DNA from: Clostridia bacterium
GTDB taxonomy: Bacteria; Bacillota; Clostridia; Oscillospirales; CAG-272
DNA: 64,000 nt
Reading direction: 5' to 3'
NCBI GenBank assembly: GCA_017612655.1
Contig: JAGAFM010000047.1
Span: forward strand, 10,478 to 74,477
Shown here one piece after another: positions 47,624 to 55,558 of the stretch. The position numbers were made by a program, and so were the translations under genes. The notes below the pieces were generated by a model, which searched no databases, had not been told where the DNA came from, and worked only from the letters and a program-made list of their open reading frames with translations. The stretch's first letter is position 1; each line of letters begins with the position of its first letter.

Positions 47624-47737
47624 TCAAAATAGTCCCTTTATCCTTGGATTATATCATATTCCTTCCATTAATACAAGTATTATTCCCTCTCACTCCTCAC
47701 TCTCCAGAACAAAAATACTGAAAGGAAGGCATCCCGG

Positions 47738-48718
47738 ATGCAAATCGGAAACGTTTCGCTCCCACACGGACTGCTCCTGGCCCCCATGGCAGGGATTACG
47801 GACGTCTCCTTCCGCTCCGTCTGCGCCTCGTTCGGCGCAGAATACGCGGTCACGGAAATGATTTCCGCGAAGGCGCTCTGGTACGGTGACCGAAAAACTG
47901 AGCGGCTGGCACGTATTGCTCCCTCGGATCCCCCCTGCGCAATTCAGCTTTTCGGGTCGGATCCTGAGTGTATGGCATTTGCTGCGGGACGCTTCTCCGA
48001 TCCTTCGGCCGCCCCGTCCGGAATCCTTCCGGCCGCAATCGACCTCAATTTCGGCTGTCCGATGCCGAAAATCGTAAACAACGGAGAGGGATGCGCTCTC
48101 ATGAAGCAGCCCGTCCTCTCCGGAAAAATCATTGAGGCGGTCAGAAAAGTCACGCCGCTGCCCGTTACCGTGAAAATCCGTTCCGGATGGGATTCTGACC
48201 ATAAAAACTGTGTTGAAATTGCTTCCATCGCCGCCAGTCTGGGCGTCTCCATGATCGTTGTCCACGGAAGGACAAGATCCCAGCTTTACGCTCCTCCCGT
48301 GGACTACGATGCAATCGCATCTGTTCGCCAGGCAGTTCCGGACTCGATTCCGGTCATCGGAAACGGAGACATCTTTACGGCGGAAGACGCAAAAAGGATG
48401 ATGGACAAAACCTCCTGCGACGGAATCATGATCGCGCGGGGTGCCGAAGGGAATCCCTGGCTGTTTCGGGAAATCCTTTGCTGGATGGACGGGGTCCCTT
48501 ACGTTCCCCCGACCCAGAAAGAGCGAATCGAAACCGCCGTTTTTCACCTTGCTCGCCTGGGGGAAGAAATCGGTCCGGAAAAAGCCGCTCTCGAAGGCAG
48601 AAAACACGCAGCCTGGTACACCAAGGGAATGCGGAATGCCGCTTCCCTGCGGACCAGTCTCATGCAGGCGGACTGTTTGGAACAGTTGATTCGGCTTCTG
48701 GAGGAGAGTTCTGTCTGA
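47738..48718 (+). CDS. dusB: tRNA-dihydrouridine synthase
   Basis: 326-aa ORF with the Dus family N-terminus (LAPMAGITD), the IDLNFGCP catalytic Cys region and HGRT. Confidence 0.9.
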   Translation: MQIGNVSLPHGLLLAPMAGITDVSFRSVCASFGAEYAVTEMISAKALWYGDRKTERLARIAPSDPPCAIQLFGSDPECMAFAAGRFSDPSAAPSGILPAAIDLNFGCPMPKIVNNGEGCALMKQPVLSGKIIEAVRKVTPLPVTVKIRSGWDSDHKNCVEIASIAASLGVSMIVVHGRTRSQLYAPPVDYDAIASVRQAVPDSIPVIGNGDIFTAEDAKRMMDKTSCDGIMIARGAEGNPWLFREILCWMDGVPYVPPTQKERIETAVFHLARLGEEIGPEKAALEGRKHAAWYTKGMRNAASLRTSLMQADCLEQLIRLLEESSV

Positions 48719-48750
48719 GTTCCTCCCAAAACACATTCCCGCTTTTTCAG

Positions 48751-48788
48751 AAACAAAACCCCGGGTTTTTGAACCCGGGGTTTTGTCG
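48751..48788. terminator. Bidirectional rho-independent terminator (dusB / tRNA-Ser)
   Basis: aaaaccccggg-tttttgaa-cccggggtttt has a perfect 7-bp GC stem extended by A/T tracts on both sides. Confidence 0.8.
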
Positions 48789-48810
48789 GATACGGTTACC
48801 GTACAGAAAA

Positions 48811-48899
48811 CGGAGAGATAGGGATTCGAACCCTAGAACGGGTATTAGCCGTTACGCGATTTCCAGTCGCGCGCCTTAGACCAACTCAGCCATCTCTCC
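48811..48899 (-). tRNA. tRNA-Ser (anticodon GGA)
   Basis: Minus strand reads GGAGAGATGGCTGAGTTGGTCTAAGGCGCGCGACTGGAAATCGCGTAACGGCTAATACCCGTTCTAGGGTTCGAATCCCTATCTCTCCG. It has a long variable arm, anticodon loop CTGGAAA and a GGTTCGAATCC T-arm. No CCA is encoded. Confidence 0.92.
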
Positions 48900-48932
48900 A
48901 GATTCTCAGCTTCCTTGCTCATCCGAGGGCAG

Positions 48933-48961
48933 ATTGTATCATACTTTGTCCGGATTGTCAA
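48933..48961 (-). promoter_or_regulatory. Near-consensus promoter for tRNA-Ser(GGA): TTGACA-17 nt-TACAAT with TG extension
   Basis: Minus strand reads cTTGACAatccggacaaagtaTGaTACAAT. The -10 ends about 33 nt before the tRNA 5' end. Confidence 0.6.
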
Positions 48962-48967
48962 GGCGAA

Positions 48968-49372
48968 TCATCCAAAAAGCCGATTTTCAGGCAAAAAAGC
49001 ACCGTGCGACAGACAGTTTTCTATGATTCTTTCCGTTTTCGCACGGTTTGCCCCGCTTTCTCTTCCGAGAGAAGCGGGGAAAGCGCCATGAGATAAGGCG
49101 GCTTTCCCCGGATGCGAAGAAACAAATACATATTTTTTCTTAATCAGGCGGAGGATCCAAATAATCAGGCAGGAACCGCCGATCGCAAGGAGAATACTCG
49201 TTACCCATCCGCCGCCGATTCCGATCAGGCTTCCCAGCCAGCCTCCCAGCGCACCGCCGAGGATGCCGAGAATGATATTGACCAGGAGTCCGTTTTTGCT
49301 CTTCATGATCTTGCCGGCGAGCCAGCCGACCAGAGCACCGATTACCAAGCTAACAAGGATTTGCCACAGCAT
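48968..49372 (-). CDS. GlsB/YeaQ/YmgE family stress-response membrane protein (with unusual ~50-aa C-terminal extension)
   Basis: The N-terminal ~84 aa (MLWQILVSLVIGALVGWLAGKIM...GILGGALGGWLGSLIG...) are typical of the family. The ORF then reads on to 134 aa through a hairpin-rich region. Confidence 0.72.
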   Translation of the reverse strand: MLWQILVSLVIGALVGWLAGKIMKSKNGLLVNIILGILGGALGGWLGSLIGIGGGWVTSILLAIGGSCLIIWILRLIKKKYVFVSSHPGKAALSHGAFPASLGRESGANRAKTERIIENCLSHGAFLPENRLFG

Positions 49373-49525
49373 GATTTTGTTCTCCTTTTCTGATTTGATT
49401 TACTCTTTTGAACGGAATCCGCTCGGCAGACGCACCCAGGTCTCACGCCCCTTCTCTTCTGTCCGAAAAGAAACCGTCGAGGTCCCCTGCGTTCCCGACA
49501 CGCATTCCGCCTCCGAATCAATTTT

Positions 49526-49554
49526 ATTGTACCATTAAACACGAATCCTGTCAA
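49526..49554 (-). promoter_or_regulatory. Near-consensus promoter: TTGACA-17 nt-TACAAT with TG extension
   Basis: Minus strand reads cTTGACAggattcgtgtttaaTGgTACAAT. It predicts a ~147-nt 5' UTR for the GlsB/YmgE-family gene. Confidence 0.6.
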
Positions 49555-49638
49555 GAGATCCCTCTGTGCAAAACGGCTTGCCGCGCCTATCCCGGATTCG
49601 GAACAGCGGCCCGTGACAGAATGCGGGGATTTTTGTGG

Positions 49639-50856
49639 TCAGGATTCGACGGTGTCTTCCGGCAGCTGCCAAACCTGAATGTTGTCCACGACCATTTCGG
49701 TGTGTTCGTCGTGCGACCTTGTTATCTTCTCCGGAACGCACAGATTGAGCCAGACTGTTTCCGGCACCTCCGATGTGCCGTAGCAGTACTTGCTCGCACA
49801 AATCAAAACCCCGTCAATATAGACCCGGTAGAGATCCCGATCCCAGAGCAAACCGAAAACATGGAACTCATTTTCAAAATCCAGTCCAAGAAAAGGAGCC
49901 TCGTACAATTCGTTGGAAAGATCTTGCTCCTCCTCCGTTTCACTGACCCAGAAGCAGCTCGTGTGGTAGTCTTTCCCGAAATTTTCGACGATATCCATTT
50001 CACATCCGCCAGGCCCTCCTGCGGAATGCATGTACCGGTCCCAGATCCAGAACGCAGACCAAAAATCGCACCCTCTCCCGTACGTCTGGCTACACTTCAT
50101 AGTACATTCAAAGTACCCGCGGCAGAACGTTCTGACTGTCCCGATTCCGCCCGAGTACCATCCGGTCCCGTATTCCCCGTTTTCCTTCCAGTCCCCGGAA
50201 ATGATCAGTTTTCCGTCCGAAAGAGAGAGCTGAGACTTAGCTAAAAAACCGCACGAGGAGGGGCCGTCTGTCCAGGTCTTCCACTCCTCCCAGTTCACCT
50301 CAGTTCCATCAAAACGGTCCTCGAACACTTTCCTGTACCCGAGTTTTGAAATGCTGTCCCGGGTAACGAGCGGTTCCTCTTTGAGCCCCTCTCTTAGAGA
50401 GAATTCGGAGTAAGTGCTGTCACTGTTGGAGGGATGTCCTGCGAATTCTTCCAAAAACCTGACCCAGAGCTGTCCGGCGAAAACGGGAACAGGCGTGAGA
50501 AAGAACACCGTTCCGTCTTCCGTCACACCGTACCGGAGGGAACCCGGACGGTACTCTGGGACTCCCTTCCGTTGAAACCGGTTCCCTATCAGAATCTCGT
50601 GATCGAACCGCTTCCCGGTTTCAGGAAGCATCTGGTCGTCTCTTGCCACAACAATTTTCGGGACAAAACCGACCGTTGATTCAAATGCTCTTTCCAACGG
50701 GGGAACCACCCTTTTTTCTTTTGTGTACCTGTATTCCGGGCAATCTGGAACGTAAATGACCACAGTATAGTCCCGAAGTGAGTTCCCGCAGATGTCAAAA
50801 GGACAACGGGACAGCGCTTGGTCCGATCCGAATTGATCTTTGTTCTTTTGCTCCAT
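49639..50856 (-). CDS. Glycoside hydrolase family 16 domain protein with unknown N-terminal domain, no signal peptide
   Basis: The C-terminal half has the GH16 catalytic motif E-x-D-x-x-E (GCEMDIVENFG) and a beta-jelly-roll-like sequence (LLWDRDLYRVYIDG). The ~190-aa N-terminal region is unassigned. Confidence 0.72.
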   Translation of the reverse strand: MEQKNKDQFGSDQALSRCPFDICGNSLRDYTVVIYVPDCPEYRYTKEKRVVPPLERAFESTVGFVPKIVVARDDQMLPETGKRFDHEILIGNRFQRKGVPEYRPGSLRYGVTEDGTVFFLTPVPVFAGQLWVRFLEEFAGHPSNSDSTYSEFSLREGLKEEPLVTRDSISKLGYRKVFEDRFDGTEVNWEEWKTWTDGPSSCGFLAKSQLSLSDGKLIISGDWKENGEYGTGWYSGGIGTVRTFCRGYFECTMKCSQTYGRGCDFWSAFWIWDRYMHSAGGPGGCEMDIVENFGKDYHTSCFWVSETEEEQDLSNELYEAPFLGLDFENEFHVFGLLWDRDLYRVYIDGVLICASKYCYGTSEVPETVWLNLCVPEKITRSHDEHTEMVVDNIQVWQLPEDTVES

Positions 50857-50972
50857 TCTAAACGCCTCCTCTTTCTGAAACGGTTTATTAGGGGAATCTC
50901 TTATCCTTTTCAGCTGCCACCCGCCTCACAGGATAATTCCTTCTCTATACTAATCCAGGCTTGTTGAGATTG

Positions 50973-52031
50973 TTAATGGCTCGACGAACCGGATTTTGTA
51001 TGCCAGTCAGCAAATCGAATGATTTGCCTTTTTGCGTCAACGACAGCCTCAACGCCAAATGGTATAATGCACCTGGGCATTGCATGTCCAATATTAACGT
51101 TGAAAACAATAGAGAGTTCGGGACGGTCGATGACCTTCACAAGCAATTGCTTGTATTCCTCCGCATACGTTTCATCCATTGGTTTTCCAACCAGCACCCC
51201 GGAAACTGTATTGAACACGCCCGTTTTCTTCAGGCTTTCAAGAGCACGCTGATATTTTTCGGGTGTTGGTTTTTCTTCACTGGATTCCAGTAACAGGATA
51301 TACCCTTCCCACTCCTTTGAATCGGGAAACAAATGGTATTTCCGACAGAGTGCCGGCATATCAGCATATCGGTCCTCATGGAAGAAATCATACATGGAAT
51401 CGATACAGCCGCCGAGAATCTTTCCCGAGAACACGGGAGAACCCTGAAGCAGTTCGAATCCATGATTTGGACGGGCGGGCAACCGCGTGCCAACCTGTTC
51501 GGGTGTGAATTCCTTTCGTTCTCCATACCAGACATCGCTGGGTGTTATCTCCCGAATATGTCCGGTTCTGACTAGTTCTTCAAAAAACTTCCGGGTATAT
51601 GGATGCATTTCCGGACCAAGTACACAGATATCCGATAAAAACGCCTGACCGTAAAAGGTGTTAAGTCCAACTTTATGAAGCATCAGATGATTGACTGTGG
51701 TGTCTGAGAATCCCAAAAAGACTTTTCTCGAGACTGCATTCGCCAACTCATTGTGATCGAACAGATATGGTAGCAGTCGATAGGTATCGTCTCCACCAAT
51801 AGCACACAGGATCATATCGATTTCGGGATCGCCGAACGCCAGCAGAAGATCTTCGGCCCGTTTTTCCGGATGTGCCTTAATGTATTCCAACCCCTTCAGC
51901 GCATGTGGCATGAATTTAACATTCAATCCATACTCTTTCAGCCTACGAAGCCCTATATCGACTTCAAACTGAATGTAAGACTCCCCCGCAATCCCGCTAG
52001 AAAGGCTTACGATAGCAACATTCTTAATCAT
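50973..52031 (-). CDS. S66-family serine peptidase (LD-carboxypeptidase / MccF-like)
   Basis: 352-aa ORF with the nucleophile motif GFSDTT and the C-terminal NIGHAMP His motif. The length fits the MccF-like subgroup rather than the ~300-aa LdcA. Confidence 0.83.
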   Translation of the reverse strand: MIKNVAIVSLSSGIAGESYIQFEVDIGLRRLKEYGLNVKFMPHALKGLEYIKAHPEKRAEDLLLAFGDPEIDMILCAIGGDDTYRLLPYLFDHNELANAVSRKVFLGFSDTTVNHLMLHKVGLNTFYGQAFLSDICVLGPEMHPYTRKFFEELVRTGHIREITPSDVWYGERKEFTPEQVGTRLPARPNHGFELLQGSPVFSGKILGGCIDSMYDFFHEDRYADMPALCRKYHLFPDSKEWEGYILLLESSEEKPTPEKYQRALESLKKTGVFNTVSGVLVGKPMDETYAEEYKQLLVKVIDRPELSIVFNVNIGHAMPRCIIPFGVEAVVDAKRQIIRFADWHTKSGSSSH

Positions 52032-52085
52032 AGACTCCTCCGTAAATCCCGCTTTGTTAGGCGGGATATCCCGCCCGGCCGGATT

Positions 52086-52619
52086 CTATCTGTTTGTCAA
52101 CCACTCTTCTCTTGTCAGCAAATTGACGTGACCTTTTCTCGTTTCTCCCATTTGAAGAACAGGTACACCGTCGGTTGTCCACTGATACTTGAAACCGAGT
52201 TTTTCCTGCACACGCTTTGACTTGTTGTTGCCGTCGTAATAGCCGCACCATATACGTTTGAGTTTCAAATCTTCAAAAGCGTGCCGAAGCAGTTCTCTCG
52301 CCGCTTCCGGCACAAGACCGCGCCCCCAATACGGAACACCGATCCAGTATCCGAGTTCCGCCTCGTCATCCTTTTCCGCAAGGTCATTATGGTGCAGACC
52401 TATACTCCCGCCCGGAAGCCCCGTTTCTTTCAAAACAATGGCATAGGTTTCGGGCTTCATAAGGATAGCCCGTATGATCTGCCTGGTGTCTTCCACGTCA
52501 GTATGCGCCCGCCAGCCTGCTGCAGGTCCCACGCGTGGATCTTTCGCAAATTTATAGCACTCTTCCGCATCCGTTTCTTCCCATGGACGCAGAATCAATC
52601 TCTCTGTTTTTAAAACCAT
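52086..52619 (-). CDS. GNAT N-acetyltransferase, RimJ/RimL (Acetyltransf_3) type
   Basis: 177-aa ORF with the N-terminal TERLILRPW hallmark and the GYWIGVPYWGRGL acetyl-CoA region. Confidence 0.85.
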   Translation of the reverse strand: MVLKTERLILRPWEETDAEECYKFAKDPRVGPAAGWRAHTDVEDTRQIIRAILMKPETYAIVLKETGLPGGSIGLHHNDLAEKDDEAELGYWIGVPYWGRGLVPEAARELLRHAFEDLKLKRIWCGYYDGNNKSKRVQEKLGFKYQWTTDGVPVLQMGETRKGHVNLLTREEWLTNR

Positions 52620-52680
52620 TTCAGTTCACCAAATCCCAGTTTATTGATATGATTCTACTCCATCAATCGAAACAATTAGA

Positions 52681-52718
52681 CTGAAAAACGGGGTTGGAAC
52701 AGCTGATACCAACCCCGT
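52681..52718 (-). terminator. Rho-independent terminator after tRNA-Ser(UGA)
   Basis: Minus strand reads CGGGGTTGG-11 nt-CCAACCCCG followed by TTTTTCAG. Confidence 0.7.
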
Positions 52719-52721
52719 ATG

Positions 52722-52810
52722 TGGCGGAGAGGATGGGATTCGAACCCATGCGGGATTGCTCCCAAACGGTTTTCAAGACCGCCTCGTTATGACCGCTTCG
52801 ATACCTCTCC
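52722..52810 (-). tRNA. tRNA-Ser (anticodon UGA), CCA encoded
   Basis: Minus strand reads GGAGAGGTATCGAAGCGGTCATAACGAGGCGGTCTTGAAAACCGTTTGGGAGCAATCCCGCATGGGTTCGAATCCCATCCTCTCCGCCA. It has anticodon loop CTTGAAA and a long variable arm. Confidence 0.92.
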
Positions 52811-53097
52811 GTATTCAATTTGCAGCGACCTTTGACTGAAGTCGGATAGAAAACGGACAATTGTCCGTCCCGTTTTCTGCAAGCCAAAGGCGCAAAGACT
52901 GCAGACAAGCGGAGCTTTGGGGTAACAACTGAAGCATTTGCGAGGTCGCAGGCGAAGGAACCATTCTGATTTCTTGACCGTCTCGTTCTAACCGCATCGA
53001 TAGCCCGGCCTAAACCGATGAACGTTCCGCAGAGGGCAGAAACATCCGACCCATTCCGGCTCTATGCCAGGGAAACCAGCAAACACCCGCCTTAGTT

Positions 53098-53126
53098 ATT
53101 ATATCTCATTCCGACACGCCGGTCAA
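53098..53126 (-). promoter_or_regulatory. Near-consensus promoter TTGACC-17 nt-TATAAT about 280 nt upstream of tRNA-Ser(UGA)
   Basis: Minus strand reads cTTGACCggcgtgtcggaatgagaTATAAT. The -10 is at 53098-53103 and the -35 at 53121-53126. Confidence 0.6.
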
Positions 53127-53222
53127 GGGAAGAGAGGCAAAAAACAGAGCAGAACAAAAACGGGCTCATTTGTTTTTTGCCATCTTCCAAAGAGGTTGTC
53201 CTTCGTGAAACGCCTCAAGTGA

Positions 53223-54479
53223 TTACAAAGAAAAGGTAGCCAGCTCGACAGCAACCTGTTCTCCGGTTTCCATGTTCTTCAGCTGAGCGATTCCGGACCT
53301 CAGTTCCTCCTCTCCGAGGATCAAGGTATAGGACGCTCGAATCTTGTCGGCGTACTTCATCTGAGCTTTCAAACTGCGGCCCACCAGATCGCTTTCCGCC
53401 CATTTGTCTTCAGCGCGAAATCTTGAGGCAATCTGAAAGGCTCTCATAGCTGCTTCCTGACCCATGGATGCAATGTAAAGAAGAGGTCTCGTTTCCTCCG
53501 GGGGGTTAACCCCGGATTTTTCCATCGCATCAATCAAACGGTTGATGCCGATTGCGAAACCGATCCCGGACAGGGACGGTCCTCCCAATTCTCGAACCAA
53601 TCCATCGTACCGTCCTCCTCCGCACACGGTCGACTGCGCCGCGCCGGTAATAGGACAGAGGAACTCAAATACTGTTCGGGTATAGTAATCCAGTCCCCTG
53701 ACAATTCCCGGGTCCAGTTCATAGGAAATGCCGGAATCGTCCAGTGCGGAAAGAAGCGTGCTCAGATGCTGTCTGCAGTCGTCGCAGAGAGAATCCACCG
53801 TCTTCGGTGCTCCTGCAGCGATCGAAGAACAAATCGGACTCTTGCAGTCCAGTATCCGGAGAGGATTCTTCTTCAGTCTTTCTCTGCAGGTTTCACACAG
53901 CTCCGATTCCCGCCCCTGAAAGTACGAAACCAGCGCCTCCTGATACTTCGGGCGGCAGTTGGGGCAACCGATGGAGTTGATGTGAAGGAGCCGGTCCCGG
54001 ATTCCGAGTTTTTCCAGAATCTCGTTTCCCATTGAGATTACGCTCGCGTCGGCAAGCGCGCTGTCGGATCCGAACAATTCCACCCCGAACTGGGTAAACT
54101 CGCGGAACCGTCCCGCCTGAGGCTTTTCGTAGCGGAACATGTTGGCCAGGTAATAGTACCGCAGAGGCATTGCATCAGAGCATTTTCCGTTTTCGATGAT
54201 GCTTCTGACTACGCCCGCAGTTCCTTCCGGGCGAAGGGCATACCGGGCCTCTCCCGTCCCTTTCTGCTCCAGAAGGTACATCTCCTTCTGGACCACGTCG
54301 GTTGTGTCCCCGACTCCACGCTGGAAAAGATCAACATTTTCAAAAGTCGGAAACCGGATTTCTCCGAAACCGTATTTTTCCGCAACGGAGCGGAGCGTCT
54401 TTTCGATATGCTGCCAGACTTTCGCTCTCTCCGGAAGAACATCGAGTGTTCCGCGCGGCTTTTGTATCATTGCTGCCAT
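53223..54479 (-). CDS. hisS: Histidine--tRNA ligase
   Basis: 418-aa ORF with class II aaRS motifs (RYALRPEGTA, FRYEKPQAGRFREFTQ, GGGRYDGL) and a C-terminal anticodon-binding domain. Confidence 0.95.
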   Translation of the reverse strand: MAAMIQKPRGTLDVLPERAKVWQHIEKTLRSVAEKYGFGEIRFPTFENVDLFQRGVGDTTDVVQKEMYLLEQKGTGEARYALRPEGTAGVVRSIIENGKCSDAMPLRYYYLANMFRYEKPQAGRFREFTQFGVELFGSDSALADASVISMGNEILEKLGIRDRLLHINSIGCPNCRPKYQEALVSYFQGRESELCETCRERLKKNPLRILDCKSPICSSIAAGAPKTVDSLCDDCRQHLSTLLSALDDSGISYELDPGIVRGLDYYTRTVFEFLCPITGAAQSTVCGGGRYDGLVRELGGPSLSGIGFAIGINRLIDAMEKSGVNPPEETRPLLYIASMGQEAAMRAFQIASRFRAEDKWAESDLVGRSLKAQMKYADKIRASYTLILGEEELRSGIAQLKNMETGEQVAVELATFSL

Positions 54480-54562
54480 TTTTCGTTATTATTCCTTTCT
54501 TGATAGGGTTTCCGGCCCAACTTGGATCCCCGCCGGAATCGCTTCCCAAGACGGCCTTTGTC

Positions 54563-55546
54563 TCAGGAGCGTAGTTTCTGCATTCTGATATCCTTTCCGG
54601 TAAACTGGAAGGCAAAGAACTCTCCCAGCAGTCTGGAGCAGATTCGGTCAGTATAGCGCTGACGGATTTCCGCAAACTGGAGATTGGTGCTGATGATCAT
54701 CGGTCGACGCGTCATCATTCTTTCGTTGAGCAGTTGATAGAGGCAGGAAACCGTAAACTGAGTGGACATTTCCGCCCCAAGATCGTCCAGAATCAGCAAA
54801 TCACAATCAAAATACCGAGCGGCTGGTTCCGAAACGCTCCCCTCTCTGTCTTTTCCGAACCGTTCTGCCTCGAACACGGAAAAGATATTCTGAGCGGTAT
54901 CATATACGACGTCGTAGCCCCTGTCAATCACAGCCTTGGCAATCGCCGTGGACAGATGAGTCTTGCCGAGTCCGGTCGCGCCGAAGAAAAGCAGATTTCC
55001 GGATCCCTCTCCGTGAAACGTCTCCGCATACTGCTGGGATCGTTCGAAAACCTTCCTCATGTTCTTTTCCCGGTCTTCTTCCGGATAGTAGGAAAGTGAG
55101 AAACTGTCAAATGTCTGTTTATCCAACATTGCCCCAATCCCGGAACTCTCATATCCTGCCAGGATCAGTGCCCGTTTCATGCATCCGCAAATGGAGCGTC
55201 CCTTGCTTTCCTTGGTAAAACCCGTGTCATCGCACAGAGGGCATTCATAGCGAACCTGCGTATAATCTGCGGGGTAACCATTCTGGAGCAGCAGATCTCT
55301 CGCAACTTCCCGGAGTTCCTGGTTCTCCCGCTTCAGTCTGGCCATCTCCTCTTCCCGGTTTTCCGAAAGAGAGGCGGCAAAAATAGAACAGCCCGTGGAA
55401 CGCAGAGTCCGATGTATTTCAACGAGAACAGGAATCTTTTCCTCCACTTCCCGCATCCGTTGCTCCGCCGCTTCGGCAGCGGCAAAGTGCTTCTGCTCAA
55501 ATTCTCTTTTTATTCTTCGGTAATTCTCCTGATTATACACCGACAC
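54563..55546 (-). CDS. dnaI: DnaI/DnaC-type replicative helicase loader ATPase
   Basis: It has an N-terminal Cys cluster (CPLCDDTGF...CGC), the AAA+ Walker A (GATGLGKTHL) and Walker B (LLILDDLG). Confidence 0.8.
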   Translation of the reverse strand: MSVYNQENYRRIKREFEQKHFAAAEAAEQRMREVEEKIPVLVEIHRTLRSTGCSIFAASLSENREEEMARLKRENQELREVARDLLLQNGYPADYTQVRYECPLCDDTGFTKESKGRSICGCMKRALILAGYESSGIGAMLDKQTFDSFSLSYYPEEDREKNMRKVFERSQQYAETFHGEGSGNLLFFGATGLGKTHLSTAIAKAVIDRGYDVVYDTAQNIFSVFEAERFGKDREGSVSEPAARYFDCDLLILDDLGAEMSTQFTVSCLYQLLNERMMTRRPMIISTNLQFAEIRQRYTDRICSRLLGEFFAFQFTGKDIRMQKLRS

Positions 55547-55558
55547 ATCCTCCCGATC

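Noticed and set aside
50857-50972. att-like direct repeat of the tRNA-Ser 3' end bounding the S66/GNAT islet
   Set aside because: I found no copy of the tRNA 3' segment (GGGTTCGAATCCCATCCTCTCC) or its complement at the distal end, and there is no integrase. Islet status rests only on codon and composition differences.
52811-53097. Possible tmRNA, SRP or 6S RNA in the tRNA-Ser(UGA) leader
   Set aside because: The 5' end (GGCGGGTGTTTGCTGGTTTCCC) superficially resembles tmRNA and 4.5S starts. However, there is no TTCGAC, no tag-ORF context, no SRP GGAA tetraloop motif and no long 5'/3' rod pairing expected of 6S RNA.
54480-54562. T-box leader expected upstream of hisS
   Set aside because: Only 83 nt separate dnaI and hisS. 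The gap contains one hairpin (TTCCGGC-15 nt-GCCGGAA) but no specifier or T-box sequence, so hisS is probably read through from upstream.
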